DNA of 64,000 nt from Lama guanicoe (taxonomy: Eukaryota). Shown piece after piece: positions 12,899-24,900 of this stretch (its first letter is position 1; each line of letters opens with the position of its first letter). The position numbers and the translations under genes are program-made. The notes under the pieces are model-generated. The model worked only from the letters and a program-made list of their open reading frames with translations, had not been told where the DNA came from and searched no databases. The DNA is taken from contig MU054187.1 in the NCBI GenBank assembly GCA_013239625.1, positions 10,995,231 to 11,059,230 of the forward strand, read 5' to 3'.

Positions 12899-13346
12899 CA
12901 TCAACTGAAAGAAAAATGAGCAACATGAAAGCTGTGAGTTCAAGTGTTTTATTCAAGATCTTGCTGAGGACTGTAGCCTGGGAGACAACCTTCTAATAGC
13001 TCTGAGCAGGTAGGGGAGAACCCAGTGCAGGTGTGATTTTGACTGGGGGATATGTGCGGTCAAGCACACATCTTGGTAAAAGGTCGCTAGTAATGAAGAA
13101 CAAGTATCTTAGTTAATGATTTTACTGCTTTTTCTATGTATGAGAAGATGCAAGAATCTGGGTTCATTAAAATTTTTCCTAAGACATATTGAACTATCTT
13201 AGGGGCTTGCTTTTCCAAAGCACAGGGTGCCTCCTCCTGTTTTTGGTCCTGAATTCCTTTGAGGATACATTATTGGTCAGCAGCTGCTGTGGCTAATGAC
13301 TTAATCCTCGTAGAACCGAAGGATGAGCAACATTCTTTGTTTTACG
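12899..13346 (-). mobile_element. ERV1 (MER34-like) solo LTR nested in old L1
   Basis: Reverse complement begins cgtaaaacaaagaatgttgc, matching cgtaaaagaaagaatgttgc at 4717; tttatt (AATAAA on minus) near 12947; possible TSD tata/tcta. Confidence 0.8.
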
Positions 13347-13629
13347 TCTATATACACACACACAGAGTGGGAAGACCTCTTCACATACGACTTTAAAAGC
13401 AGAACACATAAGATCGATACATTTGGTCCTAAAACGAAAAATAAGAATACAAGCCACTAATTCAGAAAAAAAGATCTGCTACCCATATAACAATAAAATG
13501 ACCACTTTCATTATATGCAAATACTCCATAAACTCGTATTTTAAAATCTAACAACAGAATCAAGAAAAATGATAAAGAACAAGAGAAGGTAATGGGGAGA
13601 TGAGTAGGCAAATTTTACCACATATTAAG

Positions 13630-14095
13630 CAGCAAATTATATAGTGTCTAGTAAATGACATGATGCTGTGAATATTATATATGACTTACAGCACTGTGGG
13701 TAAAAGAGAGTCAGGTGAGGGGACTGGGAGGCAGGAGGGTCCTGGGGAGGCTGCAGTACTACAGAGATGGCTTATTTGGAGTGGCCTTCACTGAAGAGGT
13801 AAAATTTGAGCAAAGACTTGAAGAGGGTGAAGTTAGCCACACAGATAGCTCCCTGGGAGAGGCAGAGCCGCCTGAGCAAGCTTCCTAAAGCGTGATCTCT
13901 CCTGGCATGTGTTCAAGGTGAGAAGGGGCTGGAGGCGCAGCAGAAGAGAGCAAGGGAAGGAGTGGCTGGAGCTGAGGCCGGAGGGGTAAGGGTGCAGGCG
14001 GGTGCATTATGGGGGGCTCTGGGAGTCACTGCAGGGAGGGACGATGGATTTAGGTGTTCAGTGGTTTGCTTCGGCCATGGGGTTTAAAAATGACA
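13630..14095 (-). mobile_element. L2 LINE fragment
   Basis: ggccttcactgaagaggtaaaatttgagcaaagacttgaag...ctggcatgtgttcaagg, typical antisense L2. Confidence 0.75.
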
Positions 14096-14098
14096 GTA

Positions 14099-14189
14099 GG
14101 GGGAGGGGATATGGCTCAGTGGCAGAGCACATGCTTAGCACGCAGGAGGGCCTGGGTTCAATTCCCAGTAACTCCATTAAAAAAAAAAA
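14099..14189 (+). mobile_element. tRNA-derived camelid SINE (vic-1-like)
   Basis: A box tggctcagtgg, B box gggttcaattccc, G-rich 5' leader, poly(A) tail. Confidence 0.88.
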
Positions 14190-16496
14190 TTTATTTTTTT
14201 TAAAGAAAGGAATCACCTACAATTTTCCAGAACTTCACAAAGGCATGAAACCTCAAAAGGGCCAACAAAAGTCTTGCAAAATTAAAAAAACAAACAAACA
14301 AAAAAGAAAAAAACAAAACAAAGAGGCGAGATGGCAAAATCTTGGAACATCAAGTTAAAGAGGAAAACATAATATTAGAAGGAAAAGATAGATTCCTCAC
14401 AGGATGATGATGGAGATAATAATAACAGCAACAACAATAAGGAAACGAACAAATGTAGAAACATGAATACAAACGACTCTAAAAGTCAAATGAAGAGAAA
14501 TACAAATTTGAACAATGGTAATAGACCATTGTCCTTCATCAGATTTACAAAGATTTTTTTAAATGATAAATGACGATGGCCAAGGAGTAGAGAAACAGAC
14601 ATTCTCTTACTTTTCTGCTGCAAATTTAATTGGTTTGATAGCACCTGGCAAAATAAAAAAATGTACCTTCATTTTGATTCTGCAGTTGCGCTTCTGTCAT
14701 ATCCTGTAGGTTTAGCAGAAAAGGTCCTAATTGTGTGTGTATATAGTTAAACACACACACATACACACACATACATGCACACATACACCAACATGAATAC
14801 TAACTGTGTTAAAAAATGTTGGAGTGATTTGAAAAGTCTGTGAGTCTGAGATTGGTAAAGCAAGTTACAAAAATATACCCAATGGAATATTTTACAGTTG
14901 TAAGAAGTCATGATTACTGATGTAGTTGGATTTCTTTTTACCAGTTTTGCTGTGTGTGCACCTTCTTTTCACACTTTTCCTTTCCTTCTCTTTTTCCTCT
15001 TTTCCTTTTCTCTATTAAGTTAATCTAGTTTTCTTTATTACTCCCCCAGCACCCCATGAGTTTGGAAATCATCCATTCTATTTCTGTCCTTTTAATGGTT
15101 TCCCTTAAAATCTCCATTAGCCTTAAATGGTCTCCACTCTGCTCCAAATTACAAGTATTTGAGAACACATGATAGTAATCATCACTTCTTCCCCTGTTCC
15201 CTCTTTGTCTGCTATCCTTAAAACATACTTATGGTATAAATCAGATTGCCAATCGCTCCATTATTTTTCCCAACTTTGGGGTTCAAGTTTTCCTGTTTAT
15301 TGCATATGTTGCAATTTCACGATAAGGGTACATTTCCATCTATGGTTAATCATTTATTTTAAATGTAAGCCCATCTTTGGTGGGATTTACTTACGTGGGA
15401 CTCCCATGAACTTGGAATTCATTGTTGAATCATTTCTGCATACTTTTTGCATTCTTCCTGGGCCCTGAGAGCCAAACCAGATATGTTACCTCCTCCTTTC
15501 GAGTCTCCCAAACCACAGTCTAGCACAGATTCACACCTCACTCCTTCACAGATTATTGCCTGGGGTTTTAATTTCCATCTGTGCCTCTTAGCACTCCCTG
15601 AAAATATCAAATTTCTTAGACAGTAGGTAGAATTTTCTAGTTCCGATTTCATGGAAGTTGCATGTTCCCTTGAGCCCTCCAGGTTCACTCAGGGTCCTCT
15701 GTGATTTATCCTGTCCCCACTCCCACAACCCCTAGATGGTCTCTCCTGTCTCAGCTTCTGTCCTAAAGCCCCACTCCTCAAGGGCCTGTATCCAGATCCA
15801 GTGCCCTCGTGGCTAGAGTCTTTGGTTCCCATTCACTCCTCACTTACACATTGAAGAGATTTTTTTTTTCTTCTTCTTCTTTGGAACATGCCTACCTGGT
15901 TAGAATTGTTTTCTCACTCTCTTTTATTCAACATTTCTGAGTTTGGAAGGGGTGCCAACTGTGCAATTTCCATCTGCCACAGTGCCTGGAAATAAATGAA
16001 AGAGATGAAGATCTTTCAACACCTGAAAGCAGTAACGTCTTAAGGCAGAAATCTTAGTATGTTTCCTTGAAATCTAATTTTAATCCAAAAAATAGAAAAA
16101 AATAATGAAGAGAAAGGAACAAAGGAAGAACTATTTTACAAACTGAGGCAGCCAGTGACTTCTTGCCTAGATGATGGTGCAAGATAGAGTAAGAAATCAC
16201 TTGTGAATGTCTGCTGCGAAAATTTATTAAGTACTTACTACGTGCCAGGCCCCGTATTACTCCCACTAGGCTCAGAATACTTAAGTAACTTGATAAATAT
16301 CATACATCCAATTCAGTGTTCATGCTGAGATTCAACTTTTTCCATTTTAATGTTTATTCTCAAGCCTGGAAGTCTGCAGACATGTTCTGAGAATCCAACA
16401 ACATATAAATATCAACCACAATAATTCACAACTGGAAATCATTTTTGTGGAATACACTTTTCTTCAGTCAGCCTTTCTGTAACTGAGCCTGAGAAG

Positions 16497-16995
16497 TGGT
16501 GTTTGGTTTGGTTTGGTTTGGTCTGGTTTTTTTGTTTTTTGATTTACAATGTTGTATTCATTTCTGGTGTACAGTATATTGAGTCAGTTATATATATATA
16601 TATGTGTGTGTGTATATATATATATACACATATTCTTTTTCATTATAGGTTACTACAAGCCATTGAATATAGTTCCCTGTGCTATACAGTAGGACCTAGT
16701 TTATCTATTCTGCATATAGTAGTTTGTATCTGCCAATCCCAAACTCCCAGTTTATCCTTCCTTCCCCTCTTTCCCCCTGGCAACCATAAGTTTGTTTTTG
16801 GTGTCTATGAGTCTCTTTCTGTTTTGTAAAGTTCATTTGCATCATTTTTTTTCAGATTCCACATATAAGTGATATCATATGATGTTTGTCTTTCTCTGTC
16901 TTACTTACTTCACTTAGTATAATAATCTCTAGGTCCTTCCATGTTGCTGCAAATGACATTATTTCATTCCTTTTTATGGCTGAGTAATATTCCAT

Positions 16996-17030
<35 letters not shown>

Positions 17031-17489
17031 ATGACATCTTCTTTGTTCAGTCATCTGTCGATGGACATTTAGGTTATGTCCATGTATTGGCTATTGTAAA
17101 AAGTGCTGTTATGAATATTGGGTTGCATGTGTCTTTTCGGTTTAGAGTTTTCTCCAGGTATATGCCTAGGAGTGGGATTGCTGGAGCATATGGCAACGAT
17201 GGACACATGGCTTTGAAAACCTCCTAACTGACCATTTTAAATTTTTTAAGGAACCTCCATACTGTTCCCCATAGTGGCTGCACCAGTTACATTCCCACCA
17301 ACAGTGTAGAAGAATTCCTTTTACTCCACACCCTCTCCAGCATTTATTATTTTAGACTTTTTGATGATAGCCATTCTGACCAGTGTGAGGTGATACCTCC
17401 TGGTGGTTTTGATTTGCATTCTCTAACAATCAGCAATGTTGAGCATGTGCCTGCTGGCCATCTGGATGTCTTCTTTGGAGAGATGTCTA
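16497..17489 (-). mobile_element. Artiodactyl-type L1, 5'-truncated 3' end (~1 kb)
   Basis: Minus-strand translation HTMEYYSAIKRNEIMSFAATWKDLEIIILSEVS matches the L1 ORF2 C-terminus; T-rich/(TTTGG)n tail at left; possible TSD TGAGAAG at 16490-16496 and 17490-17496; internal (TA)n and (TG)n tracts. Confidence 0.92.
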
Positions 17490-18967
17490 TGAGAAGCCTT
17501 GACTGCAGGACAGAATGTCCTAAGACACTCTCAGGGACAAGAGAGAAGTATTTTCCCTGAAAATAAGTCTCTATTCATTCAAGTTTTAGAAACACACCCA
17601 GTGCCTCTCAGACTTGTTCCATGATGAGGTCACTGTGACAAGCTTTTATGGGCTTCTTGTTTTGTTTTCCCTGAGAATTTTTTTTTTTTTAAATCTAATC
17701 TTGTCTGTGCTGCAGTAGGTTGAAAATGGATTTTCTCACATCTCTTTTTGGGTAGGTAGGGAGCTCAGTTTCCCCAATGGCTGATCAGTTTGTTTACAGA
17801 TCTCTCCGGAGGAAGGTCCTGTAGATGAGCCATCCCTGTCGGGGGGATGGGAACAGGGAGGGAGGAACAGCCCAGAGCCTCTCCACCCACCCACTCCGCC
17901 AGCTACTTCCTTACAGCTGAGATTCTTGCTTCACAGAAAGTTCAACCCTTGGGCGGCCCTGCCTTTCCCACTGTGGTCCAGCATATAAATTTCTCGAGGC
18001 CCATAGACGAGTTCTTAAGCATTTCATCTAATCTTGTATCTGAACTAAAATTTTCCTTTGTGGTCTTTCCTTCTGTGTCTGGTTTCCTTTTCATGTCATT
18101 GTCATTATCACCATAGCCTGCCTCTCCACTGTCCCTTTCTTAACCATGAAGATATTTGATAAGTTCCGGGGGAGATGTTTAAAAGGAAATAACTAAGATA
18201 AGTGAGGGTGTGGACTTATTTATGTGGGAAAACCGAGACAGGAAGGAGTCCTGTTGTTTAAGGCTCTCAAAGACCCTCTGTCCTCCAAGGCGTTTCAAGA
18301 ATAAAAAGAAAGCCATTTTATTGGTGTAGTTATTGTTTTTGAGGATTTATACATTTTTTAGACAGGGATCACATGTCAATGATTTTTGTAGTGCTTATAA
18401 CTTGCATTTTCAGTTCTTTTGTTTCTTTATTAGTTCTTCCCTCCCCCCACCAATACATGAGCTTTTCTGATATATGGAAGAAACGGGCTGTTTTGGACTG
18501 TCTGGGACTCTTACGCATAACAGTAAGTTTATGGTGATGAGCATCTGTGCGGACTGTGGCCAGGAATGATGGACACATGGCTTTGAAAACCTCCTAATTG
18601 ACCATTTTAGTCACTGGGCCAACTGAACTGCAACTTCTCCAACTCTTCTGTAGTGAAGACAGAAAATACGGCACTAGACCCAGACTCCACTGGCCTCCCC
18701 AAAAGACACTCAGAACGACTCTGCCACGTAAGACATACAGCTGACAATCTGTCCAAACATAATTTCATTAAACTGCTGTATCTTGTAGACTCTCATCTAT
18801 CACATTGATTCTCCTCTAAAAAGAGGAAACTGAAGCTTCGAGAAATATTTGCCCGACGTCACTAAGTCTGTAACACAACTGAAACCAAACTCAGGGCTTC
18901 TCAATCCAAATTCAACTTTTAACTTCCAAGAAAAAGATAAATGCTGATTTTGCTCTTATTAGAAATT

Positions 18968-19240
18968 CAGGCTGCCGAATCCAGTTGCATAGTATGTGCA
19001 CTGCACAAAGGCCCCCAGTTGAGGAGAGGAGTCTGGCTGAAATTGCACTCTGTGTGCTCCTGTCCAAGCCTGGTGCCCTAAACTAATCTAGAGGACAGCT
19101 TCTACCAGAGAAGACAGTGATTGTTCATCTTAAAAGTACCCTCTGCTCTCTCAGCCATGTGCCCAAAGGCTCCTTTTTTTCCCAGAGGAAAATTGTATTT
19201 TTTCTCATCAAAGGGGCTTCATAGACTAGAATAAACCCTA
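18968..19240. mobile_element. hAT-Tip100-type DNA transposon fossil (Arthur1-like)
   Basis: Start caggctgccgaatccagttgcatagtatgtgcactgcacaaagg resembles the remembered Arthur1 terminus. Confidence 0.45.
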
Positions 19241-19827
19241 GCTAGAACTCTGTAGAGAAGTCCCAGTTGAGAGGGAACTTTGAGGGTGGGTGGAGGGCAG
19301 CTGATAAATGTCATCTGCCAATTTCAGTCGATGACATAATCATCCTCCAGACTGAACTAATGAAACAGGTTCAATGCATGGATTTTTTGTCTGAAGTACA
19401 GGGATTTTCTATCTCTTGAGACTGAAGCTGCTTTAGACAAAGGCTCCCAGATTTATGGCTATCCCAACCACCCCATTTTGCCCCTTTCTGTTCTTTCTCA
19501 GTCTTGCAAGGCTGCTTGAAGCTTGCTTGGCTATTTGAATTTTCCCACTGGTTAGGAATACATAATTTGAACGTTTCCCTCCCTTCTGGGTAAGTCAAGC
19601 TCTCTATTGCCCTAGCTACCAGGATCTAGTTTTCCACCTTCCTAATTATCTAACAAATAAATCCATGTTAAAGATTTGACAGATAATAATCAAGCAAGAT
19701 GTTATCATTCCCATAGTTGAATCTTTTTGGGTAGTGCTAATTTTGAAGTGCCCATTCTTAAACGTTAGAAGTTAACCTAAGAGAACAAATCGCTGGTGCT
19801 AGAAGTATAGGCATCATCGTATGTGGG

Positions 19828-20351
19828 TGTGGTAGGCAGCCTTCTCAACAGGCTCCCAGTGACCCCCGCCTCTGGTATTTTCACCATGGTGCAATCGTCT
19901 CCCCTTGAGTGTGGACTGGACCTAGCAATTTTCTTCTAACAAATAGAATGCAGCAAAAGTGATGGGCTGTCACTTGTGAGTTAGCTTATAAAAGCCTGGC
20001 ATTTTCTCTCAGGCTCAGCTTGTGTGCTTGCCCTGATGGAAGGGCCCACCTGGCAAGGAGCTGAGGGCTGCCTCTGGCCAACAGTCAGCAAGGCACTGTA
20101 CCCCTCAGTCCAACATCTGACACGGAAGTGAATTCACCAATGCCTCATGAGTGACCTTGGAAGCTGATCCTGCCTGTGTCAAGCCTTGAGATCAACTACA
20201 GACCTGTCCAAGGCCTTGACTGCAGCCTCGTGAGGGACCCTACAGCAAAGGACTCAGCTAAGCTGGGATTCCTAAGAAATTGTGAGGTTATACATACATG
20301 TTGCTGCTGAGTTTCAGGGTTATTTGTTACGAAGCAGTACATAACTAGCAC
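19828..20351 (+). mobile_element. MaLR MLT1 (F/G/H-like) LTR
   Basis: tgtggtaggcagcc...tctccccttgagtgtggactggaccta...tttgttacgaagcagtacataactagca. Confidence 0.85.
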
Positions 20352-20879
20352 TGTGGGTACATAGGGAATATTTTGGTGAGCTTTTTCTGACATTTTATTA
20401 TTTAAAAAGATGCTACCCCAGAGGTGGGGGAGTGGTGAGGGAAAATTCTTGGTTCAGATTAGGAAGTTTCAGATAGCTCTTCTGAGGCATATTAGAAATT
20501 AGAATTTAAACTAAGGCATATTTTCAGTGCTCTTATCCAGATTAGCTGAAATAAGATTGTTACTTTAGAACTGCATGTGAAAATTCAGATTATTGTTTAT
20601 AGAAGGAAGATAAAAATTTGTAGAAAGAACAAAGAACTAATCATGTGGTCACAGAAAAATTATCTGGCCTTTTAGAAACTTCAATTGTCTTATGCTGCAA
20701 AATGGGGCAATCAGACTAGAAGATTTCTAAGAACCCCCTGGGTTTAAATTCTGTAGATGAAACAGAAGTCACACACACAAAAAATCTTTTTACTAAGAAC
20801 CTAATTTTCTGTTTAGCATTTCTCTATGGACCATTTATTACCCTTGGGAATTCTGAGGGTCTCCTGAAATTAACAGATG

Positions 20880-21985
20880 CAAATATCAAAATCCATAAAT
20901 CAAATAAATGAGATATTACATGACCAAAACCAGACCACTCGTGAAAGAGGATTACTTCTAACAAGACCTGGGAAAAAAATAAACACATAAAAGAAAATCC
21001 TTGTGCCTGTAGAGAGAGCCAAGAGTGCTTAGACAGTGGGAATGCTTAAGAAGCATGAATCATAAAACAAACAAACTATTGATAACAATGCATATTTCTG
21101 ATAAAGGACCGACAGCCAGAATATACAGAGAACTCTTACAGCTCAGTCATAAGAAGACTAACAGCCCAATGAAAGCATTAGTAAAAGAGTTGAATACTTT
21201 TCCAAAAAAGATACGCTGATGGCAAATACACACAAGAAAAGATGCTTAATAACATGTAGTCATTGGAGAAATGTCCATTATAACCAGGTGAGAGGTCAGT
21301 TCATGCTCATTTGAATGTCTAAAGTTAAAAAGACTAAAAATATTCCAAGTGGTGATGATTTAGAACAGCTAACACTCACAGACTGATAATGGAAATGTAA
21401 AATGACACAGCCACTTTGGGAATCTCTTTGGCAGATTTTCAAAAAGAAAAATATCCATTCACCCCATGGTCTAGCAATCCTACTTCTACAAATTTAACCA
21501 GGAAAAATAAGTGTCTACGCAAATCTTTATTTCCGATAGTCAAAAGCTAGAAACAACTCAAAAGTCCATCAACAAATGAATGAATAAACAAAATGTGATA
21601 TATCCATACAATAGACTACTACTCAGCCAGAAAAAATAGCAACGTATGGGCACATGCAAAATATTAGATGAATCTAGCATCTTTAAGTTGAAGGAAGGAA
21701 GTCAGGACCAAAAATTACATATGACATCATTCTATTAATATGAAATACTGAAAATGCAAACTAATGTAAAGTGACAAAAAGCGAATCAGTGGCCACCCAG
21801 AGCCAGTGTCAGCAAAAGGAATGGATAACAAAAGGACAGGGAAAAGCTTTCTAGGTGGTGGAGGTAAATATTTTGTATTTTGATTGTGACATATGGATTT
21901 GTCAAAGCTCTTTGGTTTATATATTTTAAATGGATATCATTTGCTGCATGTAAATTATACTTCAATAAAGTTACTTTTGAAAATG
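20880..21985 (+). mobile_element. Old L1 (L1MC/MD/ME-type) 3' end
   Basis: HISDKGPTARIYRELLQLSHKKTNSP in ORF 21025-21219 resembles the ORF2 C-terminus; ends taaattatacttcaataaag. Confidence 0.85.
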
Positions 21986-24900
21986 GCCTAAAGGTAGGAT
22001 AAGAGTGGAAAAAATCATAAGCAGAAAATTCGGTGATTGAGTGGGGTTTCAAATGAAAGACTTTTTTTTAACAGGAAGTAAGATTGAAATGGATTAGGTT
22101 TTGAGCTTTGGAAAATGCTGCTCAACTTCCAGACCTAAGACAGAGGGCATTCTTTACTTGTCGCGTGCCTTTATGTGTAACTATATTCCACAGGTCCTGT
22201 TCTCACACCTAAACAAATTGAGGTTATTTCTCCTCCCTTGCTCCCTGATTTACTTTCTGCATAAAAGCCTATTCCTGAAGGACTTCAGTCTGTTCCAGAC
22301 GTGGACGTTTGTTGTAAATGATTGAAGTCTTGGGCTTACCATTTCCAGCGTTAACAGTGAGAGACGTAATAAAGCCACCAGGAAAGACAGGTAATTTTCC
22401 AAGCACTTATGAGCTTTATGTTGGAGACAAAGAAGATAAATGACCAACATGTCACAAAGGGGAGACTAAGAAAAACAAGATATTAATGTCATCTCAGAGA
22501 GGAAGTCTTTTGAAGCTTGTCCAGAGGATTGGATCAGTAAGTGTACAGCACTCACCGTTGGCCAAGCAGAGTGTTGGGCTCTGGGAATTTGGAGATGATC
22601 CAGACATAGACCATGAGCTAAAAGAAGTCTTGTTTGCATTTTTATTCCCTGAGAAAACATCAGCTTGCCTCTTTCTTCAAATTATACCAAGCGCCATTAA
22701 GAACTGAACATTTTGAACAGACTCAGCCTTTAAACCTTGTTTAAAGGTTTGAGGGGTGAGGAGGGTTTGGAGGGGAGCACTGTGAATATTTTAGTACCTG
22801 TTTCTGCTTCATCATTACACTGCCTTTCTTCCTTCTAATATGTCTGGCTTCTTGGAAAACCTGCCTGATTTAAAACCTAGTTCTATACGAATGGTATTTA
22901 GACAGGAATAGCCAATTTCAAAATAACAGCTTTAGTACAAATAGAGCAATAGGGGCAGGTAATATTTTATCACTGCTTCTAGTTCACACTCAGTTCATAA
23001 AACTACTTGCTGTGAGAGCCAGCCTCTTAAGTCACTCGGATTCAATAGTGCTACTCACTGGGAGATCTTGAAAGAGTAGGGCTGAATTAATTAGGCAATG
23101 GAAAACCTTGCTGGGAATAATGCGGTTCCTATGTGCATCTGGATAGCTTTGATAGGCAGCCCTTACCAGGGAACAGGAGCTCCAATATAAGCTAAGAGGC
23201 CCTGGGAGTCCTGACCATACAAAGCAAGCAAGATCGCTGCTTTTCTAACCTGGGACTTTGTAATTTTTTAATCAGTCAGTGGTTTAATGAGTTCTGAGTA
23301 TGTTTTTAGCATTGAGTTAGACCCTGATGCACATTATGAAAGATTATAAAATATGAGTCTTGCTGTGAATGATCGTATGTGATTGGAATAAGTGACAAAT
23401 GCCTTGGACCCCGGTTAAGGGGCACTGTCCTAACTAGGGCTAAGTTTGACCCTTCAAATCCATGTCAGATCATCATGAGCAAAGTTCAGGTCTGCAAAAC
23501 CAGCTAATTAACTGTCACACGGTGCTTGAGCCCACTGGATCAACGTTACAAAATTGATCTACATTTTCTTTTCGCAAATGGAAAACATGTTGTAAGTGAT
23601 ATGTTCTGTAAGGAACTTAGAAATCAGAACTGGAAGACTGAACGTTGGTAGGCCAAATATATCTTATGCTCAGAAAAATTCTCATTTGAAATTAATATGC
23701 TCTACATTTTGAACAATGACCACACCACCTGGAACTTAGAAACAACTTGACAGATGTTTGTGGAATGTCAGAAACCTAATAATGAAACTTATTAATGAAA
23801 TGACTGAAGAATAAAACTAGAAAATAAATAGCCTTATGAGAAAAAGAATAAAATCTGACTTCGTTTGATTCAGTCCAGCCATTTCATTATTCAAGAGCTT
23901 GAAAATAATGTAAGTGGAAAGAAACATAGATGACCACTAGACTACAAAAATCCTGGCCATTAGAATCACAGGGATTTTTAAAGTAGTCCTCTAATGACAG
24001 TTATACATTCACGACCCAAGAAACAAGCTAAAAAAAGTATGTGCTTGCATGTAGAATTCTTCATAAAAGGACTATTTCAAAGTCGTACTAAAACCAGGTG
24101 ATGATATTTCAAATAACTGGAGACCATCCAGAGAAACTTTTAGCTAATCTTTAACTTGTAAAAAGATTTTTGAAGTAGACCCCTGTTAACAGATTATTTA
24201 GCTGGCTGGCAAACAGGTAAAGTACTTCTATATTTACTTCCATCTCAAGAAAAAAAGGAATATTTCAAAGTTTGGCTATTTATTTTCCTTGAAATCTGAA
24301 GTTCACATACAACCGCTTGATTCCAAAACGTTCTGCTATATAAAAACGCTTCTGATATTTTATCTTCTGAAAGGGGAGCATGTAAGACTGAAGTCACTTG
24401 TAATGGCTTCAAAGATAGAGATCATAAACACGTTCAATTTGTACAGTATAGATACTGCTTCAATGGGAATGAACGGGATGATTTATCAACAGCCACTTCC
24501 CTTTTGGTAACAGGACACCAAACAGCATTCCCATGGCTTCGAATCTGAACTCTTTCTTGAGCGATACTTGCCCTTAATTTAAAAAAAAAAAAAGTTGCCA
24601 GTCTCTTATCATATCATTCTTGTATCTGTTCACTTATTAAAGAAATTTGTTCTTACCAACACTAATAGAAAAATACCCATAGTGACAGCCACTTCTCTTG
24701 CTTATTTCCCCCGCTAATCAAGACAATAGACAGAATTTACCCTCGCTGGCATAGACCCTTACTGAGAAGAATAGGTGTGAATCAGAGAGAAAGCAGCAGG
24801 GTAGTAATTCGTTACAAAACCTATTCTATGTTAGTCATCAGTCAAGTGACAGCTTCAACTATAGGGAAAAAACAGCACATTTGTAGATAAAGGGTAAGTT

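Larger units (their letters stand above)
10300..14920 (+). mobile_element. Old, degraded L1 (L1M-type) ORF2 and 3' region, interrupted by LTR, L2 and SINE insertions
   Basis: Remnants of ORF2 motifs: endonuclease EYTFFS...IDH..GHK near 10765-10850; SPISKEEI...ELYKTFKEQ in ORF 11403-11618; SGTRQG..SP....NIVLE near 11910-11965; LFADD-like near 12035; many stops and frameshifts. Confidence 0.85.

Noticed and set aside
14099..14189. Possible tRNA gene (A and B boxes)
   Set aside because: G-rich leader, poly(A) tail, diverged stems and three sibling copies (two with visible TSDs) indicate a SINE.
16852..17037. Recurrent MEYYSAIK-type ORFs (also 41483-41701, and antisense 58482-58679)
   Set aside because: L1 ORF2 C-terminus/3'UTR plus microsatellite translation.
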